A stretch of 64,000 bases of DNA from a virus: IMG/VR virus record IMGVR_UViG_3300041964_000083, positions 32,001 through 96,000 of that record, one strand, 5' to 3'. The notes under the pieces are model-generated. The model saw nothing but the letters and a program-made list of their open reading frames with translations. It ran no database searches and was not told the origin of the DNA. Both the position numbers and the translations under genes were made by a program. Shown piece after piece: positions 18,410-28,415 of this stretch; position 1 is the stretch's first letter, and each line of letters begins with the position of its first letter.

Positions 18410-19969
18410 TTGGTGGCTACACGCTACGACTCAGGCAAACTTCGTAAAGCTCATAAAACTGCCGAAGGCGCATTGTTTTCGGAAGCTATTTATGCGCGAG
18501 ATGGCGTTTTAGAGTATCGCCTTCCCAACGGTGGGACAAGGCGAGAACTTCGCTTACCAGAAACCAACTACGACGAGGAAACGCTGACTAGTTACGGCTC
18601 AAAACCTATAACGGTCGAGCATCCACCTGTTTTAGTGACAGCGGATAATGCAAAAACTTATCAAGTTGGAGCATCAGATGCTGAACCAATGTATGAACGT
18701 CGCTACGAAAAGGGTTTTGTTGGCGGCATTGTTCGTATTTGGCATAGCGATGGCGTGAATGCTGTTGAGTGCAATGGGAAGAAAGAAGTATCCATTGGTT
18801 ACACCTGTGACATTGAACCCGTTGGTGGCATCTACTACCCAAAAACAGGCACTTATGTTGTTACCGATGCTGCTCCAGATAAGGGTGGTGAACGATTTGA
18901 CGCCATTCAGCGCAACGTTCGCGTAAACCATATTGCACTTACTTCTAAAGGTCGTGCTGGTCCAGAAGTCTGCTTGCGAATTGATAGCGAAGACGATGAT
19001 GTTGCCATCCTTGCCAAACCGTTTGAATTTCGCAAAGACGAATATGTAATTCCTGATTCTCCTTTACCTACTACTAACTCACCCACAAAACGCATGGCTG
19101 TCATCCGTATCGACAACATGGATTTTTCTGATGTGCCGGAAACTGTTGCGGTACTGATGAACCAAAAACTCAACGCTCTTGTAGAGCTTCAATCTCGCAA
19201 AGACGCTTTAGAGATTCAATTTCAAGAGCGCGAAGAACAACTCGATGAATTGCGAGAACAAGTAGACGAAGTTGCCGACGAGCGCGATCGCGAACGTGGT
19301 AGGGCTGACGCTTTAGAAATTCAACTCGCTGAAGCTGAAAGTAGGCAAGATGCTGCGATGCCATACAAAGGCAAGAAAAAAGGCAAAGCTCCCATTGTTG
19401 AGGTTGACGAAGACGAAGATTTTGACCCAGATGATATCGACGAGCTGGGTGACGATGACGAAGCTGACGATGAGGACGATGACGAAGATATGGAACCTAC
19501 GCCAATACCAAAGAAAAAAGGGGGACGGAAGGATTCTGATTTTGTTGATGTTGACCCTCATCAGCTGTTTGTTGCTTACGTTGATGCCAACAAAATTGTC
19601 CCTGGTTTGATTTCTGAAGACAAACTTGATTCGTTTGCCACACCTACCGATGTTCGTCGGCTGGCTATAGAAACGCTTAATCCCGATATTGACTTAACAA
19701 ATCGGAGTGATGCCTATGTTGATGGGGTTTATGACTTTATCAAATCTCAAAAGCTTCAAACTACCGAACAGTACCCGGAGCAGCTAGAACGTAACGACAG
19801 TATTAACACTACTTCCTATATCGGTTCTCATACACCACCTAGCGAAATTCAAACTGCGATCGCGCAAGCTCGCTCAAATAGCACTCCTACTTCCCCGCTG
19901 CAAGGTGCAGCAGAAAAGCAACGCGACCTCTACATGAATTCTTGGAACAAACCCCTCGACTTGGTTTAA
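18410..19969 (+). CDS. DUF2213-family prohead protease/scaffold protein
   Basis: ARDGVLEY, PITVEHP, EVSIGY, QRNVRVNHIALTSKGRAG, followed by an acidic coiled-coil scaffold region. Confidence 0.88.
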   Translation: MVATRYDSGKLRKAHKTAEGALFSEAIYARDGVLEYRLPNGGTRRELRLPETNYDEETLTSYGSKPITVEHPPVLVTADNAKTYQVGASDAEPMYERRYEKGFVGGIVRIWHSDGVNAVECNGKKEVSIGYTCDIEPVGGIYYPKTGTYVVTDAAPDKGGERFDAIQRNVRVNHIALTSKGRAGPEVCLRIDSEDDDVAILAKPFEFRKDEYVIPDSPLPTTNSPTKRMAVIRIDNMDFSDVPETVAVLMNQKLNALVELQSRKDALEIQFQEREEQLDELREQVDEVADERDRERGRADALEIQLAEAESRQDAAMPYKGKKKGKAPIVEVDEDEDFDPDDIDELGDDDEADDEDDDEDMEPTPIPKKKGGRKDSDFVDVDPHQLFVAYVDANKIVPGLISEDKLDSFATPTDVRRLAIETLNPDIDLTNRSDAYVDGVYDFIKSQKLQTTEQYPEQLERNDSINTTSYIGSHTPPSEIQTAIAQARSNSTPTSPLQGAAEKQRDLYMNSWNKPLDLV

Positions 19970-19972
19970 ATT

Positions 19973-20848
19973 ATGGCTGAATTCTTTCCCACACATAACC
20001 CAGTCGGAGGGCAAACCGACTATCGCACTGATATGTTTGTTGCCTTACCCGGAATGCTTTCCGGTATGGGTAGCTCACGTATTCTCCCTCACGTTAATGA
20101 CGTTGGTGCTGTTGACACGTACACAATAACCACTGGCGCAGTTACAGCAAACACCGAATACAGCGCAATGATTCAAGGGCAACGCATCAGTTATATGTCA
20201 GATGCTGATCCGACTATTGCTGAAGTCATTACTGGAATCTACAACGAGATTAGGTTAAAACCTACGGTGTATCGTCTTGCCGACTTGACTAAAAACGATA
20301 CAACCAACACGCTTACACTAACTGGACGCATTCAAGGCGTACCGTTAAGCATTACGGGGCAAGGACTAACCGTTACCAAAGTGGTAACGGGTTCTAACCT
20401 ATGTGACGCATCTAATCTTGTCATTCCCTTCGGTCGTTTTGTTGGTCGAAAAACCGATTACAAACTCGACCCGCGTGAAGGTGTGAGTTCAGCAACATTG
20501 ATTGACTCGCTCACTGACGAAATCTTGGGCATCACCAAACGTACTCATCACACCGAACAAGTTGGGTATTTCCACTGCGCTCAAAGTGGATATATGTTCG
20601 GGGACACCATGAACGTCATGGAAGACACCGGAACGATTAAGGGTATCTGGACAGAGTGTGTTGAAGCTGATTTAAAGATTGGCGAGAAAGCCTATTGCGC
20701 GATCGCACCCGGTTTAAAAGGCAAGCTCACTCGCGACACTACGGGCAAAGACATTTCTGCAATGTGCCGAATTGTGGGAGCAACCGAACCTACGGTTGGC
20801 GGACTTTTCATGGCGTTATGCCAGTTCAACCGCTACGGAACTTGGTAG
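19973..20848 (+). CDS. Head decoration / minor capsid protein
   Basis: Lies between DUF2213 and the major capsid gene; PGM, IPFGRFV, G.IW motifs. Confidence 0.65.
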   Translation: MAEFFPTHNPVGGQTDYRTDMFVALPGMLSGMGSSRILPHVNDVGAVDTYTITTGAVTANTEYSAMIQGQRISYMSDADPTIAEVITGIYNEIRLKPTVYRLADLTKNDTTNTLTLTGRIQGVPLSITGQGLTVTKVVTGSNLCDASNLVIPFGRFVGRKTDYKLDPREGVSSATLIDSLTDEILGITKRTHHTEQVGYFHCAQSGYMFGDTMNVMEDTGTIKGIWTECVEADLKIGEKAYCAIAPGLKGKLTRDTTGKDISAMCRIVGATEPTVGGLFMALCQFNRYGTW

Positions 20849-20889
20849 GCAAAACAGCTAATAACGAACGACTAACAACCAATAATTAA

Positions 20890-21825
20890 ATGGCAATCAA
20901 ATCCTATCAAGCTGAACTTAGAACCGACTCTCCAGGCGTCATGGCATTTGCTCGTGACCTTGAGTACAAAGAAGCTAGGGTAATCGAGCAAGTTTATCCG
21001 GAGAAAAAAGCCGCCAACGGCTTGATGATTCAAATTGAAGAGGTCGAGATGCCGTGGGCGCTCTCCACCAGCTTCCGCATGACAGATGGAGTTGGTAGCT
21101 TCGAGCTAGCCGACGACTTCACCACCAACCTCCCATTCGTGGATATGGTGGCTACCGAATTCAAGAACGATGTTAAATCTTATCGTTCTGGCTACTACTA
21201 CTCCGAAAAAGAAGTAGCAGCTTTTAATCACTTAGGCTTACCTATTGATGAACAAAAGATTGCGCTAGTTCGTAAGGCTTATGTTCAAACACTCAATAGG
21301 CTAATACTGTTTGGCGATCGCAAGACGGGAATGCCGGGATTTGTTAACCATCCTGCGTTCTTGCGTTCAATCTCTCCCTATAAACTCGACGGTTCTGTAG
21401 GAAATGCCAACCAGCTTATCTCCGCACTTACATTTGGGATGAGTGCTGTATCTGACTCTACAATCGACGCGCTCGAATGTGACACCATCTGGCTTCCACG
21501 TAAACAGTTTACGTTTATGAACTCCCAAGCCCGGATGGATGGTGCTCTGGAAAAAACTGTACTCAAGTTCTTTAAGGAGAACAACACTAACCCAAACGTT
21601 CAGATCGGCTGGATGCGGGAATTAGAAGGTTGTGGACCTAACGGGGAAGACGTAGCACTCTTCTACTCTAGAAACCCCATGTATGTAAAGGCGCGTATTA
21701 CTGACCCCTTCCGCTTCCGTCAGCTGATGGTCTACCCGTTCATGCTGTATCGCCCTGTGGCGTTTGATTGGAACGGCATCCAAGTTTACAACCCCTACTC
21801 CGTTCATGTCATGATCGGAGTTTAA
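20890..21825 (+). CDS. Major capsid protein (DUF2184 family, HK97 fold)
   Basis: LE......YP, YSEKEVAA, NRLILFGD..GMPGFVNHP, ELEGCG, G.QVYNP; canonical position. Confidence 0.88.
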   Translation: MAIKSYQAELRTDSPGVMAFARDLEYKEARVIEQVYPEKKAANGLMIQIEEVEMPWALSTSFRMTDGVGSFELADDFTTNLPFVDMVATEFKNDVKSYRSGYYYSEKEVAAFNHLGLPIDEQKIALVRKAYVQTLNRLILFGDRKTGMPGFVNHPAFLRSISPYKLDGSVGNANQLISALTFGMSAVSDSTIDALECDTIWLPRKQFTFMNSQARMDGALEKTVLKFFKENNTNPNVQIGWMRELEGCGPNGEDVALFYSRNPMYVKARITDPFRFRQLMVYPFMLYRPVAFDWNGIQVYNPYSVHVMIGV

Positions 21826-21870
21826 TCCTATAGTACTCACTACTCACTACTCAGCACCAACGACTAAACA

Positions 21871-22398
21871 ATGCCTGAAACAGAATCTAAAGTACAAGTT
21901 AAAGTTGTCGAAAAACGACTACCCGAATATTACGCAGTGGCACATCGTCCTAAACTCGATCAACCTCAGCGTATGGGACATCTCATTTTTGCTTACCCAA
22001 AAGAAAATGAGTTTGAGTTTAACAAAAATGTCCAAACCCAAGTCTTGATGGGTGTTTTAACCTTAAAAGAGGGATGTACGTTTGTTGACTACGCAATTTG
22101 GCAAGCTGCCATGTCCTTTCCACAGAATCAGAAAGAAGTGGAACGAATGCAGGGTGTAGGTGCGATCGCAATCTTCATACCTAACGCAGAAACTACATCA
22201 CGCGACAGCACCGATTTTACGACTATTGGTGCTGCGGTATCCGTGATTGGCTTCTGTAATGATTTGAGTTGGCTAGAGAAGTCTAGGAATCGGGACAAGC
22301 GCTTAGAAATTGATAAAGCGATCGCAGCGCGGCTAGAACAAGTTGCAGAAAAGACCAAGAACCCACAACAATCGTTTCCAGTAGGTTCATTTATCTAG
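21871..22398 (+). CDS. Hypothetical head-region protein
   Basis: ORF directly after the major capsid gene. Confidence 0.65.
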   Translation: MPETESKVQVKVVEKRLPEYYAVAHRPKLDQPQRMGHLIFAYPKENEFEFNKNVQTQVLMGVLTLKEGCTFVDYAIWQAAMSFPQNQKEVERMQGVGAIAIFIPNAETTSRDSTDFTTIGAAVSVIGFCNDLSWLEKSRNRDKRLEIDKAIAARLEQVAEKTKNPQQSFPVGSFI

Positions 22399-22406
22399 GT
22401 TAAATC

Positions 22407-22607
22407 ATGGTACTTAACATCAAATCTAAGGAATTACCTTTTGATCTCGTTGGCGATCAGGTTCGTTATCCTAACGGGCAGTTAGAGCCTGTTAATGGTA
22501 CACATTTGGCATTGGTTCAAATATTTCTACTCAAAGAAATACTAGCTGAACAAAAAAAGTCAAATGAAACACCTGAGCCGTCTCCACCAGCAACCAAAAC
22601 AAAATAG
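22407..22607 (+). CDS. Hypothetical protein
   Basis: Short co-oriented ORF. Confidence 0.5.
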   Translation: MVLNIKSKELPFDLVGDQVRYPNGQLEPVNGTHLALVQIFLLKEILAEQKKSNETPEPSPPATKTK

Positions 22608-22625
22608 TATAAATTAACGTAATTT

Positions 22626-22644
22626 TGACAACGCATCGTTGTCA
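22626..22644. promoter_or_regulatory. 19-bp palindrome, copy 2
   Basis: TGACAACGCATCGTTGTCA. Confidence 0.75.
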
Positions 22645-22828
22645 GTTTGATTTTTATGACTACTCAACAAGACAGAGAACACGCACAGAAGTTACTCGAT
22701 ATTCGTAATGCCGGACGCCCCAAGCGCACTATTGTCGGCAATACATTGGTAATTACCAACGGTTCAGATACGATCAATTTATCCATGTTTACCAGCAACG
22801 TTCAGTCAGAACGAACGGCAATATTCCG

Positions 22829-23248
22829 ATGACTCGTGAAGAATTTCTACTCAGCTATCCTGAGTTTGCTCGTCTGAGAGCTTCTATAATTACAAGCACT
22901 ATAACGCTTGCTGAAATAAGCTGCCCTGTTGCCAAATGGGGGACAATGCAGCCGATCGCGGTTGGGTTATTTACAGCGCACACGCTATCAGCACGCTACA
23001 ACCAACTATCAGTCACTGCTTCAACAGCCGGTGCGATCGCGGCAGGCAATCAGGTGAGTTTTCCATCTGTTCCGACTAGTGGTGGTAGTGGTGCTGAGGA
23101 TGATGCGTTCTTGGGGATGACAACTTATGGTGTTCGGCTCAAACAGTACAAAGATCAGCTTGGAGAATTAGCAAAGCTAGGTATGTTAGGCGATGAAGCC
23201 AAGGGTTATCAAGAATCTGTATCGGCTAATACAGGATTTGCTTTCTGA
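22829..23248 (+). CDS. Head-tail adaptor (DUF4054-like)
   Basis: F...YPEF, LFTAHTL, TTYG. Confidence 0.8.
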   Translation: MTREEFLLSYPEFARLRASIITSTITLAEISCPVAKWGTMQPIAVGLFTAHTLSARYNQLSVTASTAGAIAAGNQVSFPSVPTSGGSGAEDDAFLGMTTYGVRLKQYKDQLGELAKLGMLGDEAKGYQESVSANTGFAF

Positions 23249-23667
23249 TGTGGGGAGAACATCTCAGTGACATGATTGGGTTAAGAGATGAGCTAGCAGC
23301 TGAAGCTGAAGGACTCGACACAATTCGATCGCTTATCATCCGTCGTCGTAATCGAGACGATGAAACATTCCTGGAAATAACACCTAAGCCCCACATTACC
23401 TACACATCGCCACAAGAGAAGGGGTTAGAAGGCGCTACTCAAATTCAAGCCGCTAACCAGCAATTTCAGGTAAAGGGTATTAGTAAACGGTATTTGTACG
23501 GGGATTTAGTTGGGCAGCGACTTGACTATTGGATAGATGGCGTTGTTGTAGACGAACAGCTTACCGAAGGTATTCAGTGTAGCTTTGTCTCGATTGAGGA
23601 GAAGAGTACTACGTGGGATATGGTGTTAGAGAGCAAAATAGGAGAGCAGCAAGTCTATGTTTATTGA
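23248..23667 (+). CDS. Putative head-closure protein
   Basis: Position and size after the adaptor; beta-rich. Confidence 0.45.
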   Translation: MWGEHLSDMIGLRDELAAEAEGLDTIRSLIIRRRNRDDETFLEITPKPHITYTSPQEKGLEGATQIQAANQQFQVKGISKRYLYGDLVGQRLDYWIDGVVVDEQLTEGIQCSFVSIEEKSTTWDMVLESKIGEQQVYVY

Positions 23668-23872
23668 CGACTCACACCTTAAGAAATCGCTATTTAGTGA
23701 CATCTGCACCAAATGCAAGCACTTAGACTTAGAATCTGCCAAAACAGATAAGAAAATCTGTACAGCATTCCCCGATGGTATCCCATTTGAAATATGGTCG
23801 GGTAAGAATGACCACAAGAAACCCTATCCAGGTGATCGCGGTATTCAATTTAAGCTCAAAACCATTAAATGA
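23657..23872 (+). CDS. Small Cys/His protein (CxxC...CxAFPDGIP...H..PYPGD.GIQF)
   Basis: Coupled to both neighbours; potential metal ligands. Confidence 0.7.
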   Translation: MFIDDSHLKKSLFSDICTKCKHLDLESAKTDKKICTAFPDGIPFEIWSGKNDHKKPYPGDRGIQFKLKTIK

Positions 23873-25311
23873 ACGCAGCAACTCTCCCTAAACTTAGCCC
23901 TCAGCAACGCATTCGATTAATGCTCAAGCGTGTTATCGAGAGCGGATTTACGTCAGGGATTAATGGGGTGTTGAGTTTTGATTTGGAAGAAGATGGAAAG
24001 ATAACGGGAAAGTTTTTAGAGAATCGTCAGGTTTATGACTTCGCGATTACACCTAACAATATTTTGAGTTATGTAGAATCAAAAGTTAGGAGTGATGCTT
24101 ACCTTATTGGCTACTACGGAGATAGCGGTTTATTAAAATATGGAGCAAGACTAGACACAAGTAGTAGCAAGCGTCGTTGTGTAGCAGGTAAGCCATGCGG
24201 AAAGACTTGTATTACCAAAGGCAAGAAGTGTTCGATTAAGCTTGGCAATGTCGCAGCTAAAACAATGGGTGCAATTCGCACTCAATTAAAATCTGCACCG
24301 CCTGACACAAATAAGCAAGATGTTGCCAAAAAATATAATGTAACTCCATTAATAGCAGCCGGTGCTATAGCAGGTGCTGCTGTAATTGGGATGTCCGCAG
24401 CTAGCTATATGGCATTTCGTTCTGAATATCGAGAAGGATTTAAGGAGTCTGCCGAAAAGGTAAAAACAGCTGTTAAAGAGAAGCTTGACAAGGATTCTGA
24501 TACTACACCGCTTAAGACAGGCTTGAATGGTGACAAAGACATTGATGCTGATGAAATAACACTTGTTGTTGGTGGTTTTGCTGGACAAGATGGAAAAAAT
24601 TCTGAAAAATGGGCAAAACAATTACTAGGTAATGATGGATTATTTGATAATCATTATGTAGAGCCTATTGAAAATAAAGAATTTGATGTAGATTTTCAAG
24701 AACATATTGAAAACACTAAAAAAGGTCAGTTTAGTCCTGGAACAATTACAGGAAATAATAAAATTTTAGCAATGGAAATGTCTTGGGCAAAGATGCTCAA
24801 TACAGCTATTGGTAAAAAACATAACCCTGTTTCAGTGAACCTTGCAACCCAAGCTTATTATTATCACCAAAAATATCCAGATAAACCTATTAACTTGATG
24901 GGTTATTCGGCGGGTGGGATGGTTACACACGAAGCTGCGGAGATATTAAAAGAGTTGGGTGTTACTAAAAATGTAAAAACCGCTAATTTTGGTAGCCCTT
25001 ATTGGGGGTTGACAGAAAAAGTTGGAGATTCAATTACATTTGCATCTGATAACGATCAGAATATGACAGGAATGCCCATTCGCGATCGCGTAGAAGTAAG
25101 TTCAGTACATAATCATTTTGATTATTTAAAAAACCCTACGGTTAGAAAACAACTCAAAGGATTCTTGGGTGGTAAAGCCGTATCTGGTGAAAAAATTAGC
25201 AAAGAGCAAGAAGAGCGCATTAAAAAAGCTCAGTCACGACGGGAAAAACGTAATCCTGAAGAATTGAAGCGAAAATTAGAAGAGCGCAATAGACGGAGAA
25301 AACAAAACTAA
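23869..25311 (+). CDS. Cys4-module protein with alpha/beta-hydrolase payload
   Basis: Domain A, Cys4 at 24178, TM, VVGGFAG, GYSAGG, FGSP, HNH. Confidence 0.8.
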   Translation: MNAATLPKLSPQQRIRLMLKRVIESGFTSGINGVLSFDLEEDGKITGKFLENRQVYDFAITPNNILSYVESKVRSDAYLIGYYGDSGLLKYGARLDTSSSKRRCVAGKPCGKTCITKGKKCSIKLGNVAAKTMGAIRTQLKSAPPDTNKQDVAKKYNVTPLIAAGAIAGAAVIGMSAASYMAFRSEYREGFKESAEKVKTAVKEKLDKDSDTTPLKTGLNGDKDIDADEITLVVGGFAGQDGKNSEKWAKQLLGNDGLFDNHYVEPIENKEFDVDFQEHIENTKKGQFSPGTITGNNKILAMEMSWAKMLNTAIGKKHNPVSVNLATQAYYYHQKYPDKPINLMGYSAGGMVTHEAAEILKELGVTKNVKTANFGSPYWGLTEKVGDSITFASDNDQNMTGMPIRDRVEVSSVHNHFDYLKNPTVRKQLKGFLGGKAVSGEKISKEQEERIKKAQSRREKRNPEELKRKLEERNRRRKQN

Positions 25312-27569
25312 TGGTTGCAACTTCAGTTTCTACACCGTCTAGACAACAGACCGCATTAGCTTTAAAAAAGATTATTGAGTCTTCATTTACTAGCGGTATA
25401 GATGCTGTACTTAGTTTTGCGTTGGATGAAGACAATACGATTACAGGTAAATTTTTAGAAAATCGTCAAGTTTATACTTTTGAGATATCTCCAAAAAACA
25501 GAATTCGGTATGTTGAAGCACAAGCAAAAAGCGATGCATATCTAGCGGGTTTTGTTGAAGTTATGCCTATCCGCTTAGACAAAATGAACGGAGGTAAGAA
25601 GAAGCGCTGTATTGTTGGTAAAGCGTGTGGTGGTACTTGTATAGCAAAAGGAAAGGTGTGCGATCGCGAACTATCACCTAAAGCTGCCCAATTAAGTAAC
25701 GCAGTGCGAAAGGTGTTAGGTGGCAGCACAACTAAACCACCCGAACAGAAATTTCCAAAGATTAATCCAGGTCTTGTCGGTGCAGCTGTATTTGCAGCTG
25801 GGGTATTAGGTGTGCCTGTTGCTGGATATTTAGCAACAAGAGCAACATACCGCGCAGGCTTTAGTGAATCTGCGGAGATTGCTAAAAAAGAAGCTGAAAA
25901 ATTAGCAACTCAAAATTATAAATGGACTAAACGAGACAAAAAGCTTATTGCAGCTTCAAAGTTTAAAGGCGAAGGTGTTCCTGAACCTAAAAGTGAAGGA
26001 GAGCCAGCAATTCCAGATGTACTCTACGGTGGAACTCCTAATGAACGGTATTTTTTAGGGGAAGTCGGAAAACGCTACGGCAAAGAACCAAGCGAAATGT
26101 ACAAAAAAGCTAAGCAAATTACGTTAGTTGCTAATGGGTTTGCCGGAGAAGACAACACGGACTCAGGCGTCAGTGTTTCAGGCGATTTGATGGGTAACGA
26201 TGGTCTATTTGACGATCACCACGTTGTTCCTATTGATGCGTCTGGTTTTTCCCCTAATTTCATGAAAGGTGAAGAAATTGCCAAAAACGTTTTAGAAAAA
26301 GTATTTAAAGAAGGTCGTAACCCCGTAGCCGTCAGAATGGCGTCACACGCCTACGCATTTAGTAAAAAACATCCAGATGTACCTATTAACCTAATTGGTT
26401 ATTCTGGTGCTGGAATGGCAACCCATGAGGCACAGGAAATATTAAAACAAATGGGTGTTAAGGTACGTGTTGCTAACTTTGGCTCACCTTACGGGGGGTT
26501 AACTGAAAAAGTAGGTGACTCGGTAACATTTAACAGCCCATCAGATTTTGTTACTCGTCATACACCTGTTCGAGACGAAATTAATGTTCCTCATGTAGAT
26601 GGACATTTTAAATATTTATTAGATAGCAAAGTCAGAGGAAAACTTCGGGATTACTTTGACGGCAAGAAAATTAAAGGTGAGCCAACATCTCTTGAGCAAG
26701 AAAGACACGCTCAAAATGTACTGAAAAAAGAGACATCGGCGTTTGCTGAAAAACAAGCTCGGTTAAGAGAAATTGACCGTAAGCGGAAAGAGCGTGGAGC
26801 AAAACGTAGTAAAAAAAAACTAGATAGCATCAAACCAAATTGTTCACCTAAAAGTAAATTGTGTGGCACTCGCTGTGTTCCTAAAGAATACAATTGCAAA
26901 CAAACTAAACAAAAACCATTCAATGCAACAAATGCTGTTTCTATAGGTGTTGGAATAGCTGCTACTGTGGGACTTGGGGCAGCTATAGCCATTCCGGCAT
27001 CGATGGCTCTACATACAGAAATTGCAAAAAATCGTGCTGAAACTGTAAAACGCAACGTTGAAAAAGAAGAAGATGCAATTAAAGACTCACCTGTTGAGCA
27101 TTTTGTAATTATTAATCCCAAAACAGGAAAGACAATAGCAAAAGGTTCTAGCAACGAAGCAACAAGAGTGGATATTCCTACTGAAGCTATGGGTAAAATG
27201 AAGGGCGCTATTTTTACCCATAATCATCCCAAAGCTCTTAATTTTCCAGAATCTCATCCTCAAGGTAAAGGTACTAGTTTTTCTGAAGCTGATATTCGTA
27301 TTTCTTGTCAAATGAATGTTAAAGAGATGCGTGCTGTGAGCCGAAAATATCGTCATAGCTTAAGCGTAGGTGCTAAGGGTTGGGGGGATTGGGATAATCA
27401 AGTAAAACCTATATACGACAAACACGACGAACAACTTCTAAAGGAATGTCAAGATCATATACTTTCTCGCAAATACAAAGCCGCAGAGCTAAACGCAATT
27501 TATCACCACGAACTCAATAAGCGTGTAGCTAAAGATATGGGATGGACTTACATACGAACACCTATTTAA
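25311..27569 (+). CDS. Two-module Cys4 protein: alpha/beta-hydrolase plus JAB/MPN-like domain
   Basis: Cys4 at 25608 and 26841, each followed by a TM; GYSGAG; E...THNHP...SFSEAD. Confidence 0.8.
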   Translation: MVATSVSTPSRQQTALALKKIIESSFTSGIDAVLSFALDEDNTITGKFLENRQVYTFEISPKNRIRYVEAQAKSDAYLAGFVEVMPIRLDKMNGGKKKRCIVGKACGGTCIAKGKVCDRELSPKAAQLSNAVRKVLGGSTTKPPEQKFPKINPGLVGAAVFAAGVLGVPVAGYLATRATYRAGFSESAEIAKKEAEKLATQNYKWTKRDKKLIAASKFKGEGVPEPKSEGEPAIPDVLYGGTPNERYFLGEVGKRYGKEPSEMYKKAKQITLVANGFAGEDNTDSGVSVSGDLMGNDGLFDDHHVVPIDASGFSPNFMKGEEIAKNVLEKVFKEGRNPVAVRMASHAYAFSKKHPDVPINLIGYSGAGMATHEAQEILKQMGVKVRVANFGSPYGGLTEKVGDSVTFNSPSDFVTRHTPVRDEINVPHVDGHFKYLLDSKVRGKLRDYFDGKKIKGEPTSLEQERHAQNVLKKETSAFAEKQARLREIDRKRKERGAKRSKKKLDSIKPNCSPKSKLCGTRCVPKEYNCKQTKQKPFNATNAVSIGVGIAATVGLGAAIAIPASMALHTEIAKNRAETVKRNVEKEEDAIKDSPVEHFVIINPKTGKTIAKGSSNEATRVDIPTEAMGKMKGAIFTHNHPKALNFPESHPQGKGTSFSEADIRISCQMNVKEMRAVSRKYRHSLSVGAKGWGDWDNQVKPIYDKHDEQLLKECQDHILSRKYKAAELNAIYHHELNKRVAKDMGWTYIRTPI

Positions 27570-27650
27570 CAACATTGATTCAATTTTGAGTAGTTTTTAT
27601 AACCATCACGTACACGACCCTAAACTTAAGAAGTCGCGCTATGTCTTGTT

Positions 27651-28415
27651 TTGGCAGATTTATCAGACACCTACGTTGAGGCGTTACTCTTGCAGTTGGC
27701 TAGGGGTGATTCTGCTTGTAATGCTACTGAGCGTGTGCGATCGCGTGCTTATCGTCAAGGATTTTTGAGAATTGACCGCACAACCCCTAACTGTTCGCCC
27801 AAAAGCAAGTTGTGCGGAAATGCTTGTGTGCCTAAAACCAAAAAATGCAAATCGACAACAAAGCTATCTAGAGCAAGCTCACCAGACTTTGTTAGACAGA
27901 GAGTTGAGGCTGAAGAAGACAAACTAAAAGATCTTCCATACGAACACTTGTTAATAATCGATTCTAAGACTGGCGATGTACTAGCTCACCGTACTGACAA
28001 TCACCCTACACAGGTAGGTTTTGATGCTAGCGACTTTCCCAAGATAAAAGGCGCGATCGTTACCCACAATCATCCAAATGCTTACGGGTTCCCACCTAGC
28101 CATCCTGCTTCTAAAGGTATAAGTCTATCCCCTCCTGATATTCAAGTGGCTTGTACTTTTCGTCCAAAAGAAATGCGGGCTGTAAGCGCAGGCTATCGAC
28201 ACGTTCTTAGTCCGGGTGAAAAAGGTTGGGGGGATTGGAACTGGCGGGTAAAGCCAGTTTACGAGAAACACGAACGTCAAGTGATGAATGAATTTCAAAC
28301 AGATTTAATTTTAGGGAGAAAAGCAGCGTCACAGCTAGAAGCAGATTACCACCATGAAATAAATACTCGAACCGCAAAAGAGTTGGGATGGAAATACGAA
28401 AGGCAGGTTATTTAG
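27651..28415 (+). CDS. Cys4-module protein with JAB/MPN-like payload (no TM)
   Basis: Cys4 at 27792; EH...THNHP...SLSPPD; paralog of the C-terminal unit of 25311. Confidence 0.75.
   Translation: MADLSDTYVEALLLQLARGDSACNATERVRSRAYRQGFLRIDRTTPNCSPKSKLCGNACVPKTKKCKSTTKLSRASSPDFVRQRVEAEEDKLKDLPYEHLLIIDSKTGDVLAHRTDNHPTQVGFDASDFPKIKGAIVTHNHPNAYGFPPSHPASKGISLSPPDIQVACTFRPKEMRAVSAGYRHVLSPGEKGWGDWNWRVKPVYEKHERQVMNEFQTDLILGRKAASQLEADYHHEINTRTAKELGWKYERQVI

Noticed and set aside
20890-21825. Encapsulin nanocompartment
   Set aside because: The gene is flanked by protease, decoration and adaptor genes, with terminase and TMP in the same element, so it is a phage capsid.
21833-21857. TACTCAC heptamer repeats after the major capsid gene
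   Set aside because: They resemble ordinary cyanobacterial short tandem repeats and only hint at the host.
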